Source: an uncultured Gammaproteobacteria bacterium (GTDB lineage: Bacteria; Patescibacteriota; Microgenomatia; Levybacterales; UBA12049). From it: a DNA stretch of 64,000 nucleotides. The stretch spans positions 702,230 through 766,229 of the forward strand of contig CAZNAA010000001.1 in NCBI GenBank assembly GCA_964571255.1, read 5' to 3'. The position numbers and the translations under genes were made by a program. Under the pieces are notes generated by a model that saw only the letters and a list, made by a program, of their open reading frames with translations, was not told the DNA's origin and searched no databases. Shown here piece by piece: positions 31,179 through 41,149 of this stretch; within the stretch, counting starts at the first letter, position 1; each line of letters opens with the position of its first letter.

Positions 31179-33290
31179 TTATTCAACTCGTCCAGTGAAG
31201 GTGGATTTTGCAACCATTTGTTCAACAATATTTTTAGGAACGATTTCATAATGAGATGGTTCCATGTAATACGTTGCTCTTCCTTGTGACATACTTCGAA
31301 TTACCATAACATATCCTGACATTTCCTCAAGGGGAACCATGGCTTTAATAATGGTTGTTATTCCTTTTTCCTCAGTTCCTGAAATTTGAGCACGACGAGA
31401 CGATAAATCTCCAATAATGTCTCCCATAAACTCAGAAGGGGTAGTTACCTCAACCTTCATCATCGGTTCAAGTAAATTAATGCCTGATTTTTTTGCAGCT
31501 GCTTGGAGAGCTTGAGAAGCAGCGATTTTAAAGGCTACTTCACTGGAATCGACATCATGATATGACCCGTCATAGCATGTTACGTTCACATCAATTACCG
31601 GATATCCAAGAAGAATTCCATTTTCAAGAGTTTCCTTAACACCTTTTTCAACTGCACGAATAAACTCAGCAGGAATTGCTCCTCCACGAATGGCGTCAAC
31701 AAACGTGTTGCCCTCTCCTCGAGCTTTTGGAGTAACTCGAAGCATACAGTGCCCATATTGTCCTCGTCCTCCAGATTGACGAATGTATTTTCCTTCTCCT
31801 TCAGCTTCTGCTTCAATGGTTTCTTTATACGCAACTTGAGGAGCTCCTACATTTGCTTCAACTCCAAACTCTCTTTTCATTCGATCAACCATAACTTCCA
31901 GTTGCAACTCTCCAATTCCAGCAATAATAGTTTGGTTGGTTTCATGGTTGGTTTTAACCGTAAAAGTCGGATCCTCTTCTGTAAGGCGCTTCAGAGCAAG
32001 ACCAAGTTTTTCTTGATCTGATTTGGTTTTAGGCTCAATAGCAAGTGAGATAACGGGTTCTGGGAAAGTAATTTTCTCAAGAACAATCGGTTTATCTTGA
32101 GCACAAAGTGTATCTCCTGTAATGGTATCTTTCAGACCAACTATGGCAACGATTTCACCAGAAAATGCCTCTTTGATTTCTTCTCTTTCATTTGCATGCA
32201 TTAAAAGAAGTCTTCCTACTCGCTCGGTTACGCCTTTGGTACTGTTGTAAATATAAGATCCTGAAGCAATGGTTCCTGAATAAACTCTAAAGTAGGTTAA
32301 TTTTCCAACGTGTGGATCGTTTTGAATCTTAAAGGCAAGTCCTGAAATAGCTTCATCTGGAACAAGCTTTCTGTCTTCTTTTTCTCCTGTTTTTGGATTT
32401 TCACCAGTAACGTGTCCCAAATCTGCGGGGGAGGGAAGATAGTCAACTACTGCATCCAAAAGAGGTTGAACACCTTTATTTCTGAGAGAGGTTCCTGCAT
32501 AAATTGGAACGAGCTTATACGCAATTACAGAGGCTCGAAGAGAAGCCTTTAGCTCTTCAACGCTAATCTCTTCTCCACTAAGATATTTTTCCAAGAGAGC
32601 ATCGTCATTTTCAGCAATCTTTTCAACCAATTTACGTCGATACTCTTCAACTTTTTCCTTCATGTCCTCAGGAATCGAGTCATTGACTTCAAAAGTTGCT
32701 CCTAATTCTTCAGAGTTCCAGACAATGGAGTGACGAGTAAGGAGATCAACGTTTCCAACATACGTATCTTCAGCTCCAATAGGAAGAACCATAATAGCTG
32801 GATTTGCACCGAGGCGCTCTTCAATACTTTTTACCGTTGCTAAAAAGTCAGCGCCTAATTTGTCCATTTTGTTGACAAAACAAATACGAGGAACTTTATA
32901 TTTATCAGCTTGACGCCAAACGGTTTCAGATTGTGATTGCACTCCTTCTTCTGCATCAAGTACCGTAATTCCTCCATCAAGCACACGAAGGGATCGCTCT
33001 ACTTCAGCAGTAAAATCAACGTGTCCAGGAGTATCAATGATATTTACTCTGTAGTCTTTCCAAAAAGTAGTTGTCGCAGCGGAAACAATCGTAATCCCTC
33101 GCTCTTTTTCCTGCTCCATCCAGTCCATTTGAGTATTTCCTTCGTCAATATCTCCTAATTTGTAGGTTCGTCCAGTGTAGTAGAGAATACGCTCAGTAGT
33201 TGTAGTTTTTCCTGCGTCAATATGCGCAATAATTCCGATATTTCGGATTTTATCAAGTGGATAATTTCTATTTTTCGTGATATCTGCCAT
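31179..33290 (-). CDS. fusA: Elongation factor G
   Basis: [34 protein letters not shown]. Confidence 0.99.
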   Translation of the reverse strand: MADITKNRNYPLDKIRNIGIIAHIDAGKTTTTERILYYTGRTYKLGDIDEGNTQMDWMEQEKERGITIVSAATTTFWKDYRVNIIDTPGHVDFTAEVERSLRVLDGGITVLDAEEGVQSQSETVWRQADKYKVPRICFVNKMDKLGADFLATVKSIEERLGANPAIMVLPIGAEDTYVGNVDLLTRHSIVWNSEELGATFEVNDSIPEDMKEKVEEYRRKLVEKIAENDDALLEKYLSGEEISVEELKASLRASVIAYKLVPIYAGTSLRNKGVQPLLDAVVDYLPSPADLGHVTGENPKTGEKEDRKLVPDEAISGLAFKIQNDPHVGKLTYFRVYSGTIASGSYIYNSTKGVTERVGRLLLMHANEREEIKEAFSGEIVAIVGLKDTITGDTLCAQDKPIVLEKITFPEPVISLAIEPKTKSDQEKLGLALKRLTEEDPTFTVKTNHETNQTIIAGIGELQLEVMVDRMKREFGVEANVGAPQVAYKETIEAEAEGEGKYIRQSGGRGQYGHCMLRVTPKARGEGNTFVDAIRGGAIPAEFIRAVEKGVKETLENGILLGYPVIDVNVTCYDGSYHDVDSSEVAFKIAASQALQAAAKKSGINLLEPMMKVEVTTPSEFMGDIIGDLSSRRAQISGTEEKGITTIIKAMVPLEEMSGYVMVIRSMSQGRATYYMEPSHYEIVPKNIVEQMVAKSTFTGRVE

Positions 33291-33402
33291 AAACAAAAAA
33301 CCTAAATGAGACAGCTGCCCATTTAGAATTCACTAAAGTATAGCATATTATTTTTCTTTTTTCACTGGTAAATTTTAGACTCCAATACAGCAAGTAATTA
33401 CT

Positions 33403-33431
33403 TTGACATTATGGGTAAAAGAACCTAGACT
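33403..33431 (+). promoter_or_regulatory. sigma70-like promoter of the pil/surface operon
   Basis: TTGACA-N17-TAGACT. Confidence 0.6.
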
Positions 33432-33445
33432 AGAAAGAGTACACT

Positions 33446-34006
33446 ATGCGACTGACTGCCCCTTCTATTAACCTTTTACGTGACCAGGAAAAAAGTTTTT
33501 TTGAAAAACTTATTAGCTGGTCATTAAATATTGGCAGACTGATTCTTATTCTTACAGAGTGTTTGGCATTAGGAGTATTTTTATATCGATTTAAACTTGA
33601 TCGAGATATAGTTGACTTACACGATGAGATCGAAAAACAACAAACGTTTGTCAGGCTTTTGGAATCTCGAGAAAAAGAATATCGTAATATTGAACAACGA
33701 TTAACAACTGCAGGAGAACTCCTCTCCTCAACTCCTCAAGCAACTACTATTACTAAACAGATTCTCGATCAAGCAGATAATGCTCTCTTGGTTAGCCAAT
33801 TTGCACTTTCCCCAACCTCGTTTCACATCGAGGGAAGAGCCATTTCTCTAGATAAAGTACGAGTTTTTATTGAATACCTTAAAACATACCCTAATGTAGA
33901 AGGAGTGAGTGTAGATCGAATTGAAAATAAAACTTCAACTGCCTCACTTGAAATAAGTATTTCAGCTGATTTTAAGAAAGGAGAAAAAAAGAAAAGTGGA
34001 AGATAG
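33446..34006 (+). CDS. PilN-like type IV pilus assembly protein
   Basis: SINLL N-terminal motif, TM, coiled coil, ferredoxin-like C-domain (IEGRA). Confidence 0.75.
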   Translation: MRLTAPSINLLRDQEKSFFEKLISWSLNIGRLILILTECLALGVFLYRFKLDRDIVDLHDEIEKQQTFVRLLESREKEYRNIEQRLTTAGELLSSTPQATTITKQILDQADNALLVSQFALSPTSFHIEGRAISLDKVRVFIEYLKTYPNVEGVSVDRIENKTSTASLEISISADFKKGEKKKSGR

Positions 34007-34619
34007 AAGACGATTTTTACAAAATTTAGCTAAAAGAAGATATTTGGCAATGGCTCAGTATCTTCCTAAAATTTCAAGAGAAAAAATCCAGGAATATAGT
34101 GCACTTATTCTCACTCTTATTGCCCTTATCGTCTTTGGAGTATTTGCTATTAATCCAACTCTTACTACCGTTATTGAACTACGAAAACAACTGGAAGACA
34201 GTCAGTTTGCGGTTGAAAGATTAAAAACAAAAGTTGTTAATCTTAATTCTCTCTCTCAACAATATCAAATCCTTCAACCAGATCTCCCCATTCTTCTTGA
34301 GGCACTCCCTCAAAATCCTTCTCCTTCAGTACTTCTTGGACAGATTCATGAGCTTGCCAACCAAGAAAGAGTAAAGGTGGTAACGCTTGATTCTTCAGAA
34401 ATTACGCTCTATCCCCCTTTACGAGCAACAGGGAAAGAAGCTTCGTTTATTTTTACCCTTTCAGTTCAAGGAGATTACAACTCTTTACTCAGCTTTATGG
34501 ATAGTTTAATAACGTTTAACCGACTAGTTCAATTTGAATCTATTTCGTATCTTAAACCAGAAAAAGAAACAATCCTGCCTAGACTATCGATTAGAGGAAG
34601 GGCATACTTTTTACCATGA
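33996..34619 (+). CDS. pilO: Type IV pilus assembly protein PilO-like
   Basis: TM, coiled coil, ALP, VQGDY..LLSF...L..FNRLV. Confidence 0.75.
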   Translation: MEDRRRFLQNLAKRRYLAMAQYLPKISREKIQEYSALILTLIALIVFGVFAINPTLTTVIELRKQLEDSQFAVERLKTKVVNLNSLSQQYQILQPDLPILLEALPQNPSPSVLLGQIHELANQERVKVVTLDSSEITLYPPLRATGKEASFIFTLSVQGDYNSLLSFMDSLITFNRLVQFESISYLKPEKETILPRLSIRGRAYFLP

Positions 34620-34927
34620 AACAAAAAGATTTAGTCTATATTCTCACATCCATTGCAATCTTTACCTTTTTTTGGATAGGATTTTCTTTGTGGCACGTCT
34701 ATACAACCTCAACTCTTAAAGATCCCCTAGCATCCCAACTTGCACAAGTCCCAGCTACTTTTTCAACTGATGTACTTCTAGAGTTGAAAAAAAGAAAAAC
34801 TATTATCCCCCAAACCACTCTAACGAGTGCTACTCTTTCTGCTTTGCCTATTCTTACTCCAACTCCTATACAAACTGCCTCACCAAGTAGCACACCAACA
34901 ACAAGTAGTCCAATCCTATTACCATGA
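34616..34927 (+). CDS. Small membrane-anchored protein with Pro/Thr tail (PilP-like position)
   Basis: ATGA overlap with pilO; single TM. Confidence 0.6.
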   Translation: MKQKDLVYILTSIAIFTFFWIGFSLWHVYTTSTLKDPLASQLAQVPATFSTDVLLELKKRKTIIPQTTLTSATLSALPILTPTPIQTASPSSTPTTSSPILLP

Positions 34928-36372
34928 GAGCATCTATTTGGAATAAACAAATCCCCTCTATCTTAGGGATCCTTCTTTTAGTTGGAGGGTTATTTGCTAC
35001 CTCTTATTTGGTTGATAAAAGAGTTTTTTTCTTTACCAAAGCCTCAACAGGAACTGAGCCACAATTTGTAACAATTACGAATGTTTCTGATTCCTCCTTT
35101 AGCGTAACCTATCAAACGAGTGAGCTGACACAAGGGACGCTGTCTCTTGGAGAAGCAGCTGATAAAACAGAGAAAATTGTTTTAGACGATCGGGATCAAT
35201 CAGCAGGAAAATCAGAAGTTTATAATTTACATCATATTAGTGTCAAAAATACGACACCAGATACAACCTATCAGTTTTTCATTGTTTCTGGAAAAGATGT
35301 GTATGGAGACAAAGGCAAACCATATTCAGTCAGAACTGGCCCCAAAATCACCTCAGACCCATCAACTCAGCCTCCTCTTACAGGAAAAGTAAATGAAAAA
35401 GAAGAAGTTTTACTCGTGGTAACTGGTGCAGGGATAGCCCCACTCTCCACTCTAATGAAGCAAGATGGAACTTATTTTCTTCCTTTAAATGCCATTCGGG
35501 ATGCTTCTTTACAAGAATTTGTTACTCTTTCCCCCTCTCTTCCCCTCACTCTTTCTATTTATGGGAAGACTACTCGCTCTCTTGCCACTTTCTTCCCATC
35601 TGACTCATCTCCTTTACCTCTTATTATTTTAGGACAAGAATATGACTTCACTACTCTTGAGAAAAAAACAGAATCTACCCCTTTAAGTTCTGATAGTGCT
35701 TCTTTTCTTCCTTTATACGCCGACATCTCAGAAGACACCACAGTGTCTCTCTCTGTCCCAAGTAACGGAACTTCTGATTCTCAACCACTGTTTTCAGGAG
35801 AGGGAGTACCACAAGAAACAGTGGAGATTGAGATTCGCTCAGACGTCATAACTGGAACAACAAAAGTGCTTGCTAATGGAACCTGGTCTTTTCGTCCATC
35901 AACTCCTCTTCCTCCTGGAGAGCATACGATTACGATTAAAACCAAAGAAAAAAATGGATTATTAAAATCCATCACTCGCTCCTTTACAGTATACGCACAA
36001 GGGAGTCAATCAACAGAGCCATCTGTCAAACCAACTAATACTCCCAGTACTATTCCTTCCCCCACACCTACTGTAACAGCATCTCCAACTCCTACTCCTA
36101 CCAAAGTGCCTTCACCAGCACCAAGTAGTACCACTACTCCCACTCTCCCTCTTCCAACAACTAGTGTGATAACGGCAACTCCAACTATTGCTCTCCCAAC
36201 CCCCACTCCCACACTGCGAATATCACCAGCGATACCAACACCTACTTCAACCACCCCTCCACCTATTGCTGATACAGGAAGTTTGAGTGCCTATGTTATT
36301 TTGCTCTTTGGGGTCTTCACATGTGGAGTAGGTTTGCTATTATTCTTTAGATCAGGAAGAGGAGTGATATGA
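34924..36372 (+). CDS. Surface protein: FN3-like + Ig-like (Big) + PT-rich linker + sortase-type anchor
   Basis: TNVSDSSFSV, GTWSFRP..LPPGEHTI, IADTG followed by TM and basic tail. Confidence 0.7.
   Translation: MRASIWNKQIPSILGILLLVGGLFATSYLVDKRVFFFTKASTGTEPQFVTITNVSDSSFSVTYQTSELTQGTLSLGEAADKTEKIVLDDRDQSAGKSEVYNLHHISVKNTTPDTTYQFFIVSGKDVYGDKGKPYSVRTGPKITSDPSTQPPLTGKVNEKEEVLLVVTGAGIAPLSTLMKQDGTYFLPLNAIRDASLQEFVTLSPSLPLTLSIYGKTTRSLATFFPSDSSPLPLIILGQEYDFTTLEKKTESTPLSSDSASFLPLYADISEDTTVSLSVPSNGTSDSQPLFSGEGVPQETVEIEIRSDVITGTTKVLANGTWSFRPSTPLPPGEHTITIKTKEKNGLLKSITRSFTVYAQGSQSTEPSVKPTNTPSTIPSPTPTVTASPTPTPTKVPSPAPSSTTTPTLPLPTTSVITATPTIALPTPTPTLRISPAIPTPTSTTPPPIADTGSLSAYVILLFGVFTCGVGLLLFFRSGRGVI
36018..36267 (+). 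repeat. Low-complexity Pro/Thr/Ser (TPTP) coding tract
   Basis: PTNTPSTIPSPTPTVTASPTPTPT... Confidence 0.7.
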
Positions 36373-37640
36373 ATATAGCAATAATTGGAGCAGGGTTTAC
36401 TGGGCTTTCTGCAGCCTACAGACTACAACAAAAAGGACATACCGTTACAATCTATGAAAAAGAGGACTCTCCAGGAGGACTTGCGATTGGCTATTCCCAT
36501 CCTAAATGGGAGTGGAGTTTAGAGCAACATTATCATCACTGGTTTACTAACGATACTTCAATTCTTTCACTCGCCAAGGAGATAGACTATCCCGTTATCA
36601 TTAAAAGACCAAAAACAAGTGTTTACTTACAAAGTAAAGTATGGCAACTGGACTCTGCCAAACACCTTCTCACCTTTCCACTGCTTTCTTTATTTGAAAG
36701 ACTCCGAATGGCAGGAGTTTTTTTTCTGCTATTTCGGCTCAATCCGTATTGGAAATGGCTTGAGAATATTCAAACCACCACAGCTCTTCCCAAATTAATT
36801 GGGAAAAAAGCCTATACCCTTTTATGGGAACCACAATTAAAAAATAAGATGAAGCAGTTTGTTGATCAGATCTCACTCGTTTGGTTTTGGGCAAGAATAA
36901 AAAAAAGAACAACAAGTCTTGCCTATCCTGAAAAAGGATTTCTTCATTTTGCCAAAACATTTGCAGATCTTATTGAGAAAAATGGCGGAAAGTTTATTTA
37001 TACAGCTGAGATTGAATCGATAAGACAGGAGAAGAAAGAAGTACATATTACTCAGAAAACTGGATTAGTCGAGAAATATGATAAAGTACTGGTCACTCTT
37101 CCTACTCATTTATTTACTAAACTCACCCCCCAGCTTCCTCAGAAGTATTTGGATTCTCTAGTAAGACTCCAAGGACTAGGGGCAACTAATTTGGTGCTTC
37201 GATTAAGAAACCAATTTTTTTCTGATAACACCTATTGGTTAAGCCTTTGTGTCCCGTCTTCTCCTCTTCTTGTCATTGTTGAGCATACTAACTTCATGGA
37301 TAAGACACACTATAATGAAGAACATTTGGTTTACTTAGGAAACTATCTTTCTCCAACAGATAAGAAGTTCTCTTATTCCAAAGAGCAACTTCTTGCTCAC
37401 TATCATCCCTTTCTGGAGAAGCTCCATCCAGGATACAAAAAAGACCTTATTGGTACAGATCTGTTCCATGCACCCTTCGCTCAACCCATTGTCCCTAAAA
37501 ATTATTCCGCACTTGTTCCACCCCTCACGACTCCTCTTTCCCAAGTATTTCTAGCCAATATGCAACAAGTCTATCCTTGGGATAGGGGGACAAATTATGC
37601 AGTTGAATTAGGAGAAAAAGCGGCATCACAAATTGGATGA
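36369..37640 (+). CDS. FAD-dependent oxidoreductase (amine-oxidase/PPO-like)
   Basis: IAIIGAGFTGLSAA, GGLA, YPWDRGTNYAV. Confidence 0.85.
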   Translation: MNIAIIGAGFTGLSAAYRLQQKGHTVTIYEKEDSPGGLAIGYSHPKWEWSLEQHYHHWFTNDTSILSLAKEIDYPVIIKRPKTSVYLQSKVWQLDSAKHLLTFPLLSLFERLRMAGVFFLLFRLNPYWKWLENIQTTTALPKLIGKKAYTLLWEPQLKNKMKQFVDQISLVWFWARIKKRTTSLAYPEKGFLHFAKTFADLIEKNGGKFIYTAEIESIRQEKKEVHITQKTGLVEKYDKVLVTLPTHLFTKLTPQLPQKYLDSLVRLQGLGATNLVLRLRNQFFSDNTYWLSLCVPSSPLLVIVEHTNFMDKTHYNEEHLVYLGNYLSPTDKKFSYSKEQLLAHYHPFLEKLHPGYKKDLIGTDLFHAPFAQPIVPKNYSALVPPLTTPLSQVFLANMQQVYPWDRGTNYAVELGEKAASQIG

Positions 37641-39292
37641 ACTATATAAGAAAACATTTACTTTTTTTCACTCTTTCTCTTTGCCTTCTTATTGGAGGGT
37701 TTTTACGATTTTATAATAGTAACTGGGATCAAGGAAACTATTTTCATCCAGATGAGCGAAATATTGCCATGGCAGTTTCTCGAATTTCTTTTTTTACTCA
37801 TCTAGATCCTGAATTTTTTGCCTATGGAGGACTACCAGTCTATCTATACAGAGCAGTAGGGGAGGGGCTCATCTTGCTAACCAATGACCATTCCTGGGTA
37901 AGTGAATGGGGGAAAATTAATTTGATTGGAAGATTTTTCTCTGCTCTTTTTTCAACACTTACTATTTTCCCTTTATTTTTTCTAGCTAAAAAAGTGTTTT
38001 CACTAAAAACAGCCATACTTACTGTCGTCTTTTATTCCTTTGCAGTTTTTTCTATTCAAACAGCTCATTTTGGAGTTACAGAAAGTATGATTACTTTTTT
38101 TGTGGTTTCAATTGCATGTACTGCGCTTTATTTATTTGAGACTCCTCGTTTCTCTCTGTTTTTATTACTTGGAGCACTTCTTGGACTGGCACTTGCTTCA
38201 AAAACTGCAGCCATTTCTTTTTTTGTGTATCCATCATTTCTTTTTTTCCTTCTTCTTTTTCGGCATCGAAAGAAAAAAGAGCTTTCTTTTTCTTATCTTT
38301 TAAGAGCTGGATTAGCCGTTGGAGTAACGAGTATTCTTTTCTTTCTTCTTTTCTCTCCCTTTACTATTTTATCTTGGGATAAATTCTCTGAATCCATGAA
38401 GTACGAATCCGGGGTCGTTCAAGGAACACTACCTGTTCCCTATACACTTCAGTTTACAGGAACTCCGAATTATCTTTTTCAACTCTATAATTTTCTCTAT
38501 CAAATTGGCCCCCTTACTCTCCTTCTTGTTCTTGTTCCATTTGTTTTGTGGAAAGAAAAAAAGTGGAAAGATCCTGTATTTCTTTTATTTATCTCTTTTC
38601 CATTTATGTACTTTTTGTATGTGGGATCCTGGTTTACAAAATTTGTCAGATATATGGTTCCTCTTCTTCCTTTTGTTCTAATTCTTATTAGTTATACGTG
38701 TGATTTTTTACTCATACAGTATAAAAGAGTAGGGAGGGGAGTATTTTTATTTTTCTATGTTACAACCTTTTTATGGACATTTGCTTTCATGCATATCTAT
38801 ACGAACCCACAAACACGAGTTAAGGCCTCAGAGTGGATTTATGTGAATATCCCACCTGGTGCATCTTTGGCTGGCGAACATTGGGATGATGGATTACCAA
38901 TCTCTTTAGGTGCACTCTCTCAGTCTTTATATCAGACAACGGCACTTCCCATCTATGATCTTCATACTCCAGAAGATGTTGAGAAACTTTCTGTTACTCT
39001 TTCTAAAACTGATTATATTGTGCTAAATAGCAGACGTTTATATGGAACTCTTCGGAGACTATCTGAGAAGTATCCCTATGCCAGTTCTTACTACAATAAC
39101 TTGTTTGATGAAAAATTAGGATTTAAAAAAGTTCAAGAATTTAGCTCTTACCCTTCTGTTTTTGGAGTAACAATCCCTGATGACTATAGTGAGGAGACCT
39201 TTCAGGTATATGATCATCCAAAAGTCATTATTTTCAAAAAGGAGACAAATTTTTCATCTGAGGAAATAGCAAACAAAATTATTAAACCATAG
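37637..39292 (+). CDS. GT-C (ArnT/PMT-like) glycosyltransferase
   Basis: FHPDER acidic loop, multiple TMs, KFVRY, EHWDD. Confidence 0.8.
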   Translation: MNYIRKHLLFFTLSLCLLIGGFLRFYNSNWDQGNYFHPDERNIAMAVSRISFFTHLDPEFFAYGGLPVYLYRAVGEGLILLTNDHSWVSEWGKINLIGRFFSALFSTLTIFPLFFLAKKVFSLKTAILTVVFYSFAVFSIQTAHFGVTESMITFFVVSIACTALYLFETPRFSLFLLLGALLGLALASKTAAISFFVYPSFLFFLLLFRHRKKKELSFSYLLRAGLAVGVTSILFFLLFSPFTILSWDKFSESMKYESGVVQGTLPVPYTLQFTGTPNYLFQLYNFLYQIGPLTLLLVLVPFVLWKEKKWKDPVFLLFISFPFMYFLYVGSWFTKFVRYMVPLLPFVLILISYTCDFLLIQYKRVGRGVFLFFYVTTFLWTFAFMHIYTNPQTRVKASEWIYVNIPPGASLAGEHWDDGLPISLGALSQSLYQTTALPIYDLHTPEDVEKLSVTLSKTDYIVLNSRRLYGTLRRLSEKYPYASSYYNNLFDEKLGFKKVQEFSSYPSVFGVTIPDDYSEETFQVYDHPKVIIFKKETNFSSEEIANKIIKP

Positions 39293-41130
39293 TGTTAGGA
39301 TTACTTTTCTTATTTTCATCAGTTTTTTTTGGACACTTCCTTTTTCTCCTCTTTTTTCAAAAAAAAGTGAGTGACGGGATCACTCGGTTTATCTCTGGAA
39401 TATTTATTGGTAGTTTTTTTGCAGTATGGTTGGTGTTTTTTCTCTCATTTCTTTTCCCTCTTTATATTAGTACGTTACTTTGCTCAGTATTTCTTATTCT
39501 AGGAGGTGGGTTTATCTGGAGACAAAAACAAACACAGTTAAAAGGAACCTATTCCTTTTTTTCCTCTGTATTATTTTTCCTCTTACTTCTGTTCTCAAGT
39601 TATATTATGCACCAAACGCTTCAGTACCATAATCAAACATTTTTAATTGGACAAGATATTTGGGCAGATTCTGAAGTACATATTCCACTCATTCGTTCTT
39701 TTTCTCTTGGAGAAAATATCCCACCAACTGCTCCGTTTGTTCCGAACAAAAACCTGTCTTATCATTTTATGTTTTATTTTTGGAGTGGAATATTGGAGAA
39801 TGGAGGACTTCCTCTTGTCTTTAATTTAAATCTTCTGAGTATTTTTTCTTTTGCTGGGTTTTGCTACCTCGTATTTTTCTTTTTTTCTTCCTTTTTTTCT
39901 TCGCGATTTGTAGGAAGTATTTCTATACTTCTTATTTTATTCCCAAGTACCTTTGGATTAATTGATGCTCTAACAAAACTCCCCCCCACTTCTTTTCTAA
40001 ATTTTTTATCAAGTCTTTGGAATCAAAATGCATATTATTCCGTCCATCCTTTTCAATCAGATTACGTAAGTATTTTTTGGGGTCTTGTTACGTATGTAAA
40101 TCAAAGACATTTATCTTTTGCTCTTGTTGGACTTTTTTTATCTCTTTTCCTTTTGTATCAATCATCACATCATTCAAAAAGAGAAATCTTTTTTTTAGCA
40201 CTTATTACCGGAGGGCTTCCCTTCTGGCAAATTCATGTCTTTATTGCAATGGGGGGGTGTATTGGAGTCTTTCTCTTATGGAAAAAAGAGTATCAAAAGT
40301 TTTTTTTGTTTACTTTAGTTTCTGGTCTGCTGAGTTTCCCTCAACTCATTTTTTTAAGTAAAGATGTTTTTTCTTCTTTTCATTTTTATCCAGGTCTTTT
40401 TTCTGGAAGTCCTCTCTCTTATGAATTCTTTTTGTATTGGGTATGTAACTTAGGATTCCTCTATATTCTCTTCCCACTTAGCCTTTTTTTTGTTCATAAA
40501 AAACACTGTGTGCTTCTTTTGAGTTTCACCCTTCTTTTTCTTCTCGCCCATCTTTTCCAATTTAATGCAGAGCTTTATAATAATCACAAATTTCTTAATA
40601 TCTGGATATTGGGAATAAATGCTTATGGAGCTTTTACTCTTCGACTATTGTGGGATTTTTCATTGGGAAAGATTTTAGTTTTTCCTATTCTCTTTTTTCT
40701 TTTTCTCTCAGGATTTGGGGAATTTATGGTAATAAAGAATCAGCCAACTCTTTCTCTTTTAGATGTCTCTCAATCTTCTTTTACAAACTGGGTCGAGAAA
40801 AATACTCCACCTCAATCTGTTTTTCTTGCTCCATTTGATGAGATGTATCATCCTGTCAGACTAGCTGGACGAAAAACGTATCAACACTATCCTCGCTATG
40901 CGTGGGCATATGGATATGATGATATAAAAATGAATCACATAGTTAAAGATCTCTATAAAACAATAGATATGACTACTACTAAACAAATTCTTTCTGATCT
41001 GAAGATCAGCTATGTTATTCTTCCAAAAGAAACTATTTTAGAGTTAGAGGAAATTAATAAATCTCTTTACCTTGACTCTTTTCCTCTCGTATATTCTGAT
41101 TTGCGATTTGATGTAGTAGAAATAAAATGA
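39292..41130 (+). CDS. Polytopic membrane protein, GT-C-like
   Basis: WADSEVH, YHFMF, about 14 TMs, C-terminal LAGRK domain. Confidence 0.65.
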   Translation: MLGLLFLFSSVFFGHFLFLLFFQKKVSDGITRFISGIFIGSFFAVWLVFFLSFLFPLYISTLLCSVFLILGGGFIWRQKQTQLKGTYSFFSSVLFFLLLLFSSYIMHQTLQYHNQTFLIGQDIWADSEVHIPLIRSFSLGENIPPTAPFVPNKNLSYHFMFYFWSGILENGGLPLVFNLNLLSIFSFAGFCYLVFFFFSSFFSSRFVGSISILLILFPSTFGLIDALTKLPPTSFLNFLSSLWNQNAYYSVHPFQSDYVSIFWGLVTYVNQRHLSFALVGLFLSLFLLYQSSHHSKREIFFLALITGGLPFWQIHVFIAMGGCIGVFLLWKKEYQKFFLFTLVSGLLSFPQLIFLSKDVFSSFHFYPGLFSGSPLSYEFFLYWVCNLGFLYILFPLSLFFVHKKHCVLLLSFTLLFLLAHLFQFNAELYNNHKFLNIWILGINAYGAFTLRLLWDFSLGKILVFPILFFLFLSGFGEFMVIKNQPTLSLLDVSQSSFTNWVEKNTPPQSVFLAPFDEMYHPVRLAGRKTYQHYPRYAWAYGYDDIKMNHIVKDLYKTIDMTTTKQILSDLKISYVILPKETILELEEINKSLYLDSFPLVYSDLRFDVVEIK

Positions 41131-41149
41131 TTCCTGATACAATTTAGCT

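Noticed and set aside
11717-33158. Many short antisense or alternate-frame ORFs over ribosomal and EF genes (e.g. 19119..19685, 27765..28193)
   Set aside because: Shadows of highly conserved genes, with no independent motifs.
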